Position numbers and translations under genes: made by a program. Under the pieces are notes generated by a model that was given only the letters and a program-made list of their open reading frames with translations, was not told where the DNA came from and made no database searches. This document shows positions 52,577 through 64,000 of a stretch of 64,000 nucleotides of DNA, piece after piece; within the stretch, counting starts at the first letter, position 1, and every line of letters begins with the position of its first letter. Origin of the DNA: Balanoglossus misakiensis (taxonomy: Eukaryota; Animalia; Hemichordata); contig CM082596.2 of assembly GCA_040954595.2 (NCBI GenBank), forward strand, positions 7,332,468 to 7,396,467, in the 5' to 3' direction.

Positions 52577-55500
52577 CTGAAAAGCATGAAAATGAAAGAA
52601 GTTACCTCAAAAATGTCGGTCGTACTCAAAATCAAGAAATTGACAGAGATTGACATTTACGCAACCACTAGAACCCCATTCCAATTTCGGGCTATGGCCG
52701 CGACATGGGGATCATGCGACCAAACGTGCCTTCGGCGTGAGAGTGGGCCTTGGAAAGCGGTAAAACATGTAGCTCATCTCATGTTTCAACTCTTTGAGTC
52801 ATTGTCCGAAGCTACAAGCTACCGTCTTCGGGTATCAAAGGTATCAACTGGACACAGGGACCACATTTCAGGTTGCGTCATATGACGTCATGATTCTCCG
52901 TCTAAATTAAAGTGGCCCGTTTTCGGCAGTAGTCGGTTTCTTTGTCAAATCACGTGGGGAAAATTAGAAAACCACGCCAATCATCCATCGCGTGAAATCT
53001 CACACTTCTGAGAGCAGTGTGAGCAACGGCGGTAACAGAGAAAGGTCCCACATGCCTTTCGGTGATGGATTCCACCGCACGCTTTGTTTCAGTGCAACGT
53101 TACACGGGTTTACACGTTGGCACAGCTATAGTCCTTGGGAAACACAGGAGACTTGACATGTCTATTAAGTAGTGGCGGAGATTGGCATGGGGTAAGGTAA
53201 ACGGACAGGTCCCTGCAGGGGCATCGGTTCATCAACCTCCGCCGTCCCCGCTGACACACGCTTGTCTCGGCAGAGGCGCCCTGCAGTGGAAGTTGGTGAT
53301 TCGTGCGCTGCAGTATATGTACAATATGGTGGACGTCGCAAGAAGGGTAAACTCCGCCCTCTATAATACGGGTACAAAACGAATTTTTACTTTCGCTACA
53401 TCTACATATCACTACTTATGGACACAGAAATATTAAAATTGGCGCTAATAAGGAACGGACCCTCGGCTGATCACGACCAATGGCTTAAAAGTAGTTTTCG
53501 ATGGGGCGGATTACATCACTTCTTGAAGCAGCCACGGAAGACCGTAGTAAAGCAGTGATCTCAGGTAGCAAAGGGCTCCCCCTACGTATACTAACTCTTG
53601 GGTCCATAGCAAGGACAAATGTTAAACACTAGTACATGCTGTACTTGCACATACATGCAATGTGTACACACAAGATAGGATTTGCTCATTACATTCACTG
53701 GCAAACGGTGACAAGAAACGAGTACATCCCCATTACAACGTGAATGACTGGCAAAATTCCACGGGCAAACAGCCGCGGTCCGGGTACAAATGCACCCGGG
53801 TGGGTACACGCCATGTCATTGACACAGTTGTTTATGCTAAACCAGATCACAGGCTTCGACGAGATTCTGTCATGGTACACTTAGCGGCGATCAATCGGGA
53901 CATTTTTTCCCCGAGCAAGTCTCCGAAATCGATACTATTGGCTCGCCCTTTGTTCGCGCATGGGCACGTGGGTGAAACTGGTGTGAAAGTTCTCGGGTTT
54001 TGTGGGACCGGTGTTTGGGAAAAATTGATGGACTGTGCCAGGCATAGTTTGGCCACTACATCACAAAAGCTTCGAATGTCGTCAGTTTGTGAGCGCCAGA
54101 CAGACCGAGGCGAACTCGCCGGGGACCGGCTGAACAACAACACGACTTCTCAAGTGCCCCTGGGGCAACTACTTACAGACCACCTCGGCAAAGTTCGCGT
54201 CACCCGAGCCATCAGGCGAGACATCGACCGGGATCGCGTATCGGGAAACCGATGCCCCCTTTTTCACGGTTGTCTGCTAAATTCACACTGCCTCCGAACG
54301 ACACCCAGTGTTCGCCGTACGTCAGAGTCTGGTCGCCTTTTAAAAACCGTTCATTGAGAAGGGGGAAAAACACTCAGTCTCGCTATTTGAAAATAAAAAC
54401 ACCTCTTTGCGTGTAACACTCTGCATAATTGGTTCTAATTGACATCCATTGTGGCCACTTTGTTATTTCGGTCTTTTATACACACAAGGACGGCCTTGGT
54501 GTTCGAATACAAGCTTCGGGAGATGACACATCACGATGTGGTAACTTTTAAGCGCCCCTGGTATGACAGGGCCTGTAATCTGTCTTTTAGACACGGGGAT
54601 TTGCCCTAAGTGACAGCCTCTATGGTTAGGCTCAAATGCTTCCATTGTCACTCAAAAGGGCAGAGGTGATGGCGGAACTTGGAGACGCGAGGATGGAGAA
54701 ACCTGCAGACAAGGGGTCGATCGACAAAGTCAAACTTAGGATTTTCTTTACTAAATGCTACTCGTCTATGAAAGCCCTTATACGGAAAATCGGTTGAAGT
54801 GCCATTCGCCAATGAAATTAGAACGCTGGGTTTTATAACCTTGAGGTTCTTTTTGCTTACAAATATATTATTCTCTGAGAAATTGCGTCTCTGCCTGTAT
54901 ATATGTAAGATTAAAATTTGCCTTATGACACAATATGAACACTTCCAATCGTTTTTTTTTATACATTTTGACATTTTTAATACCGTGTTGACGTCACCGG
55001 TAATAGTTGTGTGCCCCGCGACAGTTTCACACTATGGGAAAACATTTGTGTCCGAAGAAAAGTTGTTTGTACAGGCAACGCTGTAATTCGTCACCATACT
55101 TTATGTGTTCCACTTAGATATATATCGAGGTTTACATTGTAATTTGCCTCTCTTAAGGACACCGAAATGACGTGAAATGAAAGGCGGGGGAGATTTATGG
55201 TGGCCGGCTAACTGGAAGTCCATGTTTCGAGATTATTTGATGGTTTCAGCATTGACAAGGCGGTGGAATGGCAACCAGATAACTGTGGTCAAAGGGTAAG
55301 CAAGCTACATTGGTTTCGGAGAACAGCAACTGGACAAAGAGAGAGAACTTTCATCGTCGCCTTTACATTAATTTTACGACAGTCACACTGACAGAAACGC
55401 GCCACTGCACTGCACGCAGCACGACATTCATCATAAACGTACGTGTAGAAGCAGGCGTGCGTGCGTGATGCGTACGTGCGCGCTGACACACACACGCACG

Positions 55501-56212
55501 CAGCTCGCACGCACATGTACACGCATGGCCGCGTTTTACATCGTGAGAAATGAAAGAAAGGGCGCGTGGTCACTGGCCGGGTCGGTTATTGCCCACAGCT
55601 CTACCGACTCATCAACATTGCTCTTTCTGAAGCCATGTCCTTCTACACGAAATATCGAAAATAATAATATTGGGTTCTTATATTATAACGCATTACATAA
55701 TACATATTGCGTTTTCACAATATGACAAAATCGCCATCATTTGATATTAATGTCGCGATTTTGGTCTCCATTGAAGTTACTTTATATTGAAATACGCGAG
55801 ATTATGGTTGCCAATCTTACACTTTGGCATAATATGCAAATATTTCAATGGCGTAATTTCTGCTACCTATACTTTAACGTTTGCCAAGCACCTTTAATTT
55901 TCAAGGGACGATCAGGCGACATCGTTGATTTCCTGAAACACAGTCACCTGATGCAACGCAAAATGCAAAAACAAATCGCAAACTTGCCACCATGATTGAC
56001 CCCTTAACACCGCGCAGGAAAAAAAAAACGAAATCCTATAGGGTTTTCAAGTGGATTGGGATATCGAATCCGGGAAAGATTTCATCCAGGGGGAACGGAT
56101 TAACAAAACAGGCGGATTATAACGTTTGAAAGGTATTAAAACTATTCCGGCCGCAGACAGGAAGTGTAACAGACTAAATATAAATAAATATTTAATGTTT
56201 CATATTCCTTAC

Positions 56213-56599
56213 CGTCAAACACTCGATGGTGCTCCCCCTCGTTCGATGACGTGTCATTCGGTGACGCCGACATGTCCTCGTAGTCATGGGAACTGAGCGA
56301 CCCCGATTTCTTCTTGCGGGACACTACCCTATCTTTGGTGGCCTGTTTTGGCGATTGACAGTGGTGATTATAAGAGTCATTTAGATAGCGCTGCAAGATT
56401 GTGTGTTTGTACTTCGACGGCGCCGCCGCGTCGTCCTCCTCCCCCTCCGCGTTCCCCGCCGTTTCCTCATCCGGGTACTCCGAGGGCTCGCTGTCCGATG
56501 ACAGGGATGGGGATGGGGAGGGCGGCCGGTTGTTGGAAGAGGCGCGGCCTTCCCCCTTTATGACAGATTCCCCGTTGTTGGACGCGTCATCTTCGAAGT
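56213..56599 (-). CDS. MKX: Mohawk exon with conserved C-terminal motifs 1 and 2
   Basis: Contains SKYKHTILQRYLNDSY (vertebrate KYKSSLLNRYLNDS) and SGSLSSHDYE (vertebrate SGSFSSNEFE); tttgcAG / GTAAGG; 387 bp, phase 1 to 1. Confidence 0.92.
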
Positions 56600-59510
56600 C
56601 TGCAAAGTGGACAAGAAAATAAAACAATCTTGTTAATAAAGCAGTCAACTACAACGATTACTTTTATTCGTAGACATACAAGTATCAATTCAACACATGG
56701 TAGATATCTGTCTGAGAACAGGGGCAGTAGAACGTGATTCTGTATCTCGCTTCTGCTAAAAAAAACATCATTTCCCTCAAGTGAATACATGTACAATTTT
56801 TTTTGTTTTCGCCGCTGGTGTGTGCAGTGTGTAAAGTTTCAAATCTATATTGTTGACATCCTTATCCCCTGATTCGTTATTCAGAAACGTTCATCAAAGT
56901 CAAACAGTGTCACAGTGTCTCCCAGGAAATTAACGGGTTACTAGTAAACGAAGTGACTGAACAACATTGAAATCACACCATGTAATCACATAGTGCAGAG
57001 TGATTATCTGTGAAAAAATGTAAAATACTGGGGTTTCTGTGACATATCGTGTATCCTCAACGATGGCCCCTCGCCAAGACATGTGTTTCACACATTGCGG
57101 CTTATGTACGTGCTTGTAATCACGTGACTAACGAGCGATGTCAGACGGGGGTGACGGCAAGGTTAGTGACTCCAAGCTCCATGCGCCCATGCCAACACCG
57201 TCAAAGTTACATCCAACGTTTGATATTCGGGAACACACTAACGCTGACAGAGAAGTGAGTCTGACAGAGCCCTCTACGGTGAATGTTTGCTACGAAGTAA
57301 CTGTATCCAAAAGTGCCATGACCTAGTAAGGCCTAATATTCACATTGATAGCCACATTGTTGTGGAAATTTTGTGATTTTGGTGACCACACTGTTCCAAT
57401 CGATGTTCTATCAATCCTGCGTTAAACAACACGGCGTACGGCATTCCGTATGAAGAGTGAGTTTTATGTCCGTACCAAAAACGAAAATACGCAATGGCAG
57501 TAGGGAAAACACGTGGTGTATTACGTACGGGTCTTCAGGACTGCGTTATACGCAACGCCGCCGATCAACCTGATAACAGTGGCAGTCAAGCGGCCCCAGA
57601 TATGAATGTTTAGACTGGCCAAAAATGACGGTCGGTCGTGCGTTCAAATTTCAGTCGAAGCCGACGCCATGCACCGAAGACTCTTCCCAATTTCCTCTTA
57701 AACAAACAGCACGTGGTCCATCATGTGAAAAGCACAAAAATTATAATTAACCTATTCTAGTTGAATACAACTCTTGACGTGTATTACTTGACCAGCAACC
57801 CGTTGCTACGATAATTAACCAAGTCTCGCGAGATATCGCAATCAGCGGAAAAGCATCTATTGTGAGGTTCGGCTCTCCACGGCGTTGTATGTCCACGCGG
57901 CCCTGCGGGCATACGGTCACCTGCTCCCCGAGTCTCAGAGCGTGTTGTATGACACACACGCCCTTACAGTTCAAACAGACCCGTGGTTGGCACAGCTGAA
58001 CAACCCCTAGTGTGAATCGCCACTGAATAGGAACTTCAAATTTGCTTAAGAAAACCAGAGCCCGGATCTGCAGTGCAATATTTCATAGTGTAAATTGAGT
58101 TGCACGCACCGCTAGCCTGGAAATCATGCAAATATTTGGACGCATTTCGCTTAGTTCTCATTACGGCGTGAACGAATGGACCGCGTGGGTCCTCCGCGCT
58201 GCGCTGGGACCGCCGAAGTAATTGAGTGCGCGTGTACATTTGATACACGTACTACAACTCAAGTCCCCATAGGTGAATCAATTAAATTATTTGGCGTCAA
58301 CGGCATGCCATTCGAAGTATCCCATCCCTTGGCATTTGATTGAGTTCTCGCTCAAAAGACAATTTACGTCTGAACATAATTGAACGGAAAAAAATACACG
58401 AAATATGAATCACTTTGTAAAATAAGTACACGGGTTATTTTTTACATCATGTTTGATCTGTCGATATTAATTCACTTCAAATGATTTGGGGGATGGATAC
58501 CCGTACGCATTGCCATGGTTACGGCGCGAGCGAAATGAGAACTTAACAATGGGGAAATATTCGTTCATCATTTCCATTATCATCCAGACATTTGTAATCG
58601 GATATGGAAAGTTTCAGGGCGTAGAGGATACGAGGTGAATGAAATCTCATAGGCATGGACGATCATACAGATATTTTGCCATCGACATAACTTCTGTATA
58701 CAGTCAGAACAGTGGGCGCTCTCTGTCAAGCCGAACAATACAGCGAAACTAAAGAAAGCAATAACAACTTATATTGTGGGCAGTGTGCAGTCGACTCCAA
58801 AAAAACACCACAGTTGTGCCGAGGTGGCTTTGTAAAAACAGAAAACCAAACATGTTGCTACTAATACAAACGATAACCTTCAAAACTATGTCAAGGTGAC
58901 CAAGTGAACCGAACCAGTTTCGATCTATACACGCAACCTGTGTCTAATGTATGTTTGGGAAATACAGAAAAATGTCAACCCCGAGAAATACAATTCAATC
59001 TGGCCTGTATGCAAAGCACGCGAAAGTCTAGTAAACACAACGTGTTACACACTCAATAACCAGCATTCCAAGTACACGTCAAATACCCCAATGCATGCAA
59101 TACAAAAACCCCACGACCAAAAAATCATCGCTCATACAATTCTACCTGAACATCACCTGGCCACTGTAAATGACATTTTTACTATACTGACACATGCTGT
59201 TCTTGATAAAGTTGTCAAAACACGGAGAGCTATTCTTTAACTCCAAGAGCCAAGTTAATAAAAATGTCAGCGCTATGAATAATTGGCTCTGGATGAATGT
59301 GATTTGATATTGTTCAGTTGGTCTTGGTGAGTTGAGTCGTGTTTCTATTCAGACTGTTAAACAGCAACATCCAGATTAGGATTTTTCCCCATTTTCGATT
59401 TCTGTGTCACACATGACCACTTTAGGAATGCCACTCTTTAATATAGGCCCAAATCCATTTTTTCAATCCTATATTCGTCTTTGTGTGCATTCTAGTTATT
59501 TTCACAAAGA

Positions 59511-59584
59511 CAACGATGATGATGACGACGACGATGATGATGATCATGATCATGACCACCACCGTGACAACAACGACGACGACG
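59511..59584 (+). repeat. Imperfect (GAY)n trinucleotide repeat in an MKX intron
   Basis: gatgatgatgacgacgacgatgat...; lies outside the spliced exon. Confidence 0.85.
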
Positions 59585-59629
59585 AATAACATAAAGCCCT
59601 TTAAAAAGAAAACTAACACAAAAACTTAC

Positions 59630-59804
59630 CCTCCGTGTTGATATCGGACCTCGAAGTCTCGCTGCTCCCCGAACTGATGCTGAGAAGTTCAGCATTTCCT
59701 TTCACAAAATGGTTATACATCTTTATCCTCTTGGACCAGGTCAGCCCCGGGTGGCGAACAGTGTTCTTCAGCCGTCGCCTCGCGTTGGCAAACCAATTTG
59801 ACAC
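59630..59804 (-). CDS. MKX: Mohawk homeobox exon: helix 3 and MKX-specific extension
   Basis: VSNWFANARRRLKNTVRHPGLTWSKRIKMYNHFVKGNAELLSISS...; cacAG / GTAAGT; 175 bp, phase 0 to 1. Confidence 0.96.
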
Positions 59805-60278
59805 CTGTGTAAATACAATCACACATGTACAAATGACACCCCAGTCCAAAATTCCGGTCAAACACGCACGCACAGTAAACAGACAGGTACTCGAAAGGGC
59901 AAGGTCGCTCACTTTTGACATTGTTTGGGTTATTGTGGTTTCTTTTGTTGTTTCGGTTTTCTGACCACTGAAAACACGCCCATGTGGACGGAACGTGTGA
60001 ATACGGCTATACAGCACAGATATTTGTAACGATCAAAAATAAATGTTGGTAGTATTCGTGTACTATGTCCTAGCTGCAATAATTGTAGCCCCGGTGGGCT
60101 GGTTAGGTGGCTGGATCGTGCGACTCGCGCGAGGCCCAACCGCGCGAGCCCGCATCGCCCCTCAGAGGTTACCCATAATCCATCGCTGCTCATCTGCAGC
60201 ATCCCTCAAAGGTTACCCACAATTCACTGCTCGCCCGCATCGGCCCTTAGAGGCTACCCACAATCCATCAGTGCTCAC

Positions 60279-60438
60279 CTGCACGAGAGTCATGTGCGAC
60301 CCCAACGCCAGCAGTATCTTCTCCGTCTTGGTTGGGTACGGGTTGTCCTTGTGTTCATACAGCCAGGCTTTGAGTGGCTTGGCCATGTCTTGCAGGGTTT
60401 GCCTCTTGTGTCTCACCCTGTCTTGTATGTGTGGTCGT
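60279..60438 (-). CDS. MKX: Mohawk homeobox exon: N-terminal part of TALE homeodomain
   Basis: [53 protein letters not shown], close to vertebrate [49 protein letters not shown]; ttctcAG / GTGAGC; 160 bp, phase 2 to 0. Confidence 0.96.
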
Positions 60439-61790
60439 CTGAGAAACGAAGAAAACCATCGGAATGGGTTAAAGGTGAACGATTACCTCTAATTTACATA
60501 TGCCTATATATGGACAAAATGGTATGTCTAAGTCTTCAAATGACCATGTGGTGGCGTATAAAACTCTGTATTGACTATACAAATGTATTTCAATATATTA
60601 TGGTAACAATGGTTAAATTTGCATAGATGGTCGTATACATGTCAGTGTACCACTAAACATAGGTACACAAAATCGAGACCCTCTCTATTTCTAAGCTTCG
60701 GTTGCGCGCGCACGCACAGAGCAACCACAGCTGCTTCAAGCTTAGAAGTGGCCGACAGGCTCTTGACGTTTACGGGTAAATTATCGTCAGAAGCCGATGC
60801 TTTATCTCGGACCTTATCTCAAATACTCGTCAACCTGAAGGGTTTCTGAGATAAACGTTTTGAGTTCGGCCGTCTCAAGTTCAATGCGCGTAGAGTTTAC
60901 CTTTCCCCTCCTTTAGAAAAAAAAAAGAGCAAATATTTCGCTCGTCACGTCTTTTGGTTCCTTGCCAAATCTGTCACGGAAAGCGTTGCAGAGGCTGAGA
61001 TAAGGGTAAGTGGTCTGTGGCGAGAGATTGGCAGGGGCGATTGTTGCGTTTGAAGGCAAACACGTGGTGCAGTATTTCAACCATTTCAGAGTAACTTCAC
61101 CGAAAGACTGTGCTTCACCGCACGAAATGCAACTGAAGCTGTTTATACAAACGCGCACTAAAACTACTCCTCGCTCCCTTTATAATGTTGCTTTCACGAA
61201 GCTCTTGTTTGACCAGCGGTTTAAGAGCACACGCGTTTTCTTCGAGAAACGGGTTATGACGGATAAGGGGCCGTGTGATGAAAAACGGTTACAAGAATAG
61301 GTATGACTAAGCTGGAGATGGACTGACGCGTGTTCTCTTTAATAACATACAAGGGTTTTGTACACATCATATCCAATTATGCTCTAAAAATAGCACACTT
61401 TGCGGTGTTTTGTTGAATTATAGATTTTTGCGGAAATCCGCATAAGGCGGTCTACCTTTTGCGTGGTTTTGTTTCGTCTATTCGACTTCTATCGGGCGCG
61501 GTCGGCTGTTCGTTGCTGCTTGCGATAATTGAAACCGGCCACGATACAAAGGCTGGCGGTCGCTCGGATGTGACGAATTTGACGGGGGGGGGGGGGATCT
61601 CGCTTAAGCACACAATCACACACCGCAGAATCAACGGCCGACCTTGAGCGGTATGGATGGAGGTAACGCCAGGATAGTTTGGGGGTAAACACGGACAGGC
61701 GGTAGCAACGAAGACTCGCTTGCTTTTCAACGGAAAACATTTAATGCGTCCGATAGCAAAAGGATACTCCACGACGCGTTTGAGAAAATA

Positions 61791-62013
61791 CTGTAAATTA
61801 ACATATACATGTACTGTTTATTTTCGCGAGCAATTAATTTTCGCCAAATACGCGAGAGCCAAAATAGCATGAAAATAAAAAGTCGCGTAAATTGTTTTTG
61901 AAGATAAAAATGCAGTGAATGAAATATGAGAACGCGAAAATTAATACTCGCGAAACAGTGGCCTCTCTCGATATCGCGAAAAATTTAACTCGCGAAAATA
62001 AAGTGTTTTACAG
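61791..62013. mobile_element. CTGTAAAA MITE with altered left end
   Basis: Body near-identical to 25820-26027; right TIR intact; left TIR interrupted by ttaacatatacatgtactg. Confidence 0.85.
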
Positions 62014-62417
62014 TATCACTGCAGAATAAACTCTTCCTGTACATCCGAACAATTATGAATATTTTGCGGGTGGCAGCGGTCAGCTTGCTAACACAGTTAT
62101 TTATTCCTTTGTACAATTACTGCCGACCTCATTAACATCTAAAAGAGACACTTCACATCGCCTGAAACCGAATGACGTCACACATCCCTCGGTTAAAATT
62201 AGCCCTTGACGTTGTGCCCTGATAATACGCACTTAAAAATCGTTATGGTTTTTCCTGTATACCCATAATCAATATTTCAAGAGAACTTTGGGGTTAAAAC
62301 CATTTGTTATCAAATATTGACCGACGTATAAAGTACACTGGCCGTTTCTACATAGCCTTCTGGTTCCGTTTCGATCTGAGAGCTGACAGTTGCATTTCGA
62401 GTCAGCTCTGCAGGCGT

Positions 62418-62429
62418 TGCGCATGCGCA
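62418..62429. promoter_or_regulatory. NRF1-type palindrome TGCGCATGCGCA, possibly in the MKX promoter region
   Basis: Perfect consensus palindrome 2 kb upstream of the first secure MKX exon; CRE TGACGTCA at ~62173. Confidence 0.35.
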
Positions 62430-63900
62430 CGTCTTTTCTCCAGGAGTACCTGTACAACCTGATATTGCCGTACAGTTTTGAGAGCCTGGATCTCAAGTAA
62501 CACCTTATATTAACGTGGTACATGATGAAATTTGGCAGCATCGCTGAATATCACGACAAGTGACGTGTCATAGGTAACCTTGGGTTCACTACGCGACTAT
62601 TTTTACAACAGGCGTGCGATCGAGATGTGATAGCCAGGTGATCTGAAAACTGAAATAATAAAATCATGGCCGGGTTGTCATTTTTACGCAACAATATTCC
62701 CCAGGGTTCGGTCTGTCTTTAATAGCTAACGACCCCAGATTGTTTGGCCATTTCAAAAGCATGTCAATGCAGCAGACAATGCCGGTAATTAATATAATAG
62801 GTGGAAATACACACGCGACATTCGTGTTGTACATGTCTTGATCATTAAAACTATTATCAGCCAATTCCATAGTGTCGGTCAATGCATTGTTCGATACTGA
62901 ATACAAAGCAGCCTACAATGCAATTGGGGAGTGATTAATTGAACACTGCCGGCAGAGCATATTATTTTATCGTCGACATTTTTTGTAGCAATGCGGCATT
63001 AGACAGACACGAAAAAGAAAGAAAATATTCTTTCTGACATTTTGACAAAACGCCGCTGATTTGCAGAATAGCAGGCGGCAAAACGGGACGGACAGTTGCA
63101 CAAACACACTGACAAGTACTTAGCATGAATGAACACATAGGAAACCGAAGTCTCACACTTTTGCCAAATAAGTCAGGCTTGTGAAAAGCGAATAATCTCT
63201 GCGAATAAATATTACAATATGTGAAATTCACAAGACGCCGTTCGCTGAATGTGGCCACACTAGAAAACATAACCATCTCAGTGTCGACATGGGTTCTCGT
63301 GTCTCCGGCCACCGACCCTGATTTTCGGTCTCCGACGAGAAAATATATTTCTGTTCCTGACCGAGCCCATTTTTGTCAAACAGCGCCTTCTTTGGGCTGC
63401 CATTGAACATCAAGATGGCGCAACAGCTGATGGTTTCATCAACTCGAGGCCGGAGGCTTTCCAATTCGTTTGTCATTATTACAAGGTGGGGCCATTATTA
63501 GTTAGCGGCATTTGGGGATTAACTGCATTAAATAATCAGTGTATTAAATCACGGGACATAGGTGGTTTAGATTTTGTAAAATCAGTCTTGCGCATATACA
63601 CTGTGTTCCTATTACACCCACTGACTGTTGCTACTTGTACTACATAATGACATCCATACGTCGGTTTGACCTTGTAGACTAAGACACTTGTTCATAAGGT
63701 AGCACGATTATTATAGGTACGTGAACTTTTAAAATAGGAGAGAGGTGAAGGATATTTCATTTACTTCGTAATACACGCACGTTTGCTACGCAATTAACTT
63801 TGCGAATATTAAACACGTCTAAGCTTAATTAGAACAGTTTTCTTTCAAAGAAGTAATATCATATCGAAGTTAGTAACAGAATCTATCAAACTGTCTGTTA

Positions 63901-63955
<55 letters not shown>

Positions 63956-63960
63956 CATCC
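63901..63960 (+). repeat. (ATCT)n microsatellite
   Basis: Directly visible. Confidence 0.95.
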
Positions 63961-64000
63961 AAATATCTACCACAGACAAACCACAGCGATGCAGTACTCC

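Noticed and set aside
53662-54357. 231 aa ORF antisense in an MKX intron
   Set aside because: No recognisable domain or motif, non-ATG start; long ORFs arise by chance in GC-richer sequence.
59404-59589. Poly-Asp/His ORF
   Set aside because: Translation of an intronic trinucleotide microsatellite.
59630-60438. Iroquois (Irx) gene
   Set aside because: Shares WFANARRR, but VRHKRQ.LQDMA, the W..RIK.YN..V.GNAE extension and the C-terminal motifs are Mohawk-type; no IRO box seen.
1-64000. Prokaryotic systems (CRISPR, operons), tRNA/rRNA genes, autonomous transposase or RT ORFs
   Set aside because: The DNA is spliced eukaryotic sequence; no repeat-spacer array, recognisable structural RNA or long transposon ORF was seen by eye. 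A covariance-model search could still find small RNAs.

Overview
Eukaryotic, AT-rich, intron-rich animal DNA, most plausibly from a non-vertebrate marine deuterostome such as a hemichordate or amphioxus (inferred from the proteins and repeat style, not proven). Three spliced genes can be rebuilt by hand. (1) On +, the last exon (TM7 NPxxY, helix 8, tail) of a rhodopsin-class GPCR at 3605-3862, which the ORF track missed. (2) On -, a thyroid hormone receptor (NR1A): seven phase-consistent exons at 14792..10057 plus two candidate first coding exons at ~19.0 kb and ~48.6 kb, the latter implying a ~34 kb first intron. (3) On -, a Mohawk (MKX) TALE homeobox gene with five phase-consistent exons at 60438..52295; its first coding exon is not securely located. 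The rest is intron/intergenic DNA with several MITE families, an L2/CR1-type LINE 3' fragment and microsatellites. Best leads: a DR4+ER6 response-element cluster inside the TR gene (possible autoregulation); an intron at the position of the mammalian TRalpha2 alternative donor; Arg-to-Lys changes in the TR ligand pocket; TR-MKX adjacency with a CpG/CTCF-like boundary; and a repeat carrying TCTCGCGAGA. No wholly new biological system is demonstrable from the sequence alone. Comparisons with human proteins are from recall and need checking by alignment.
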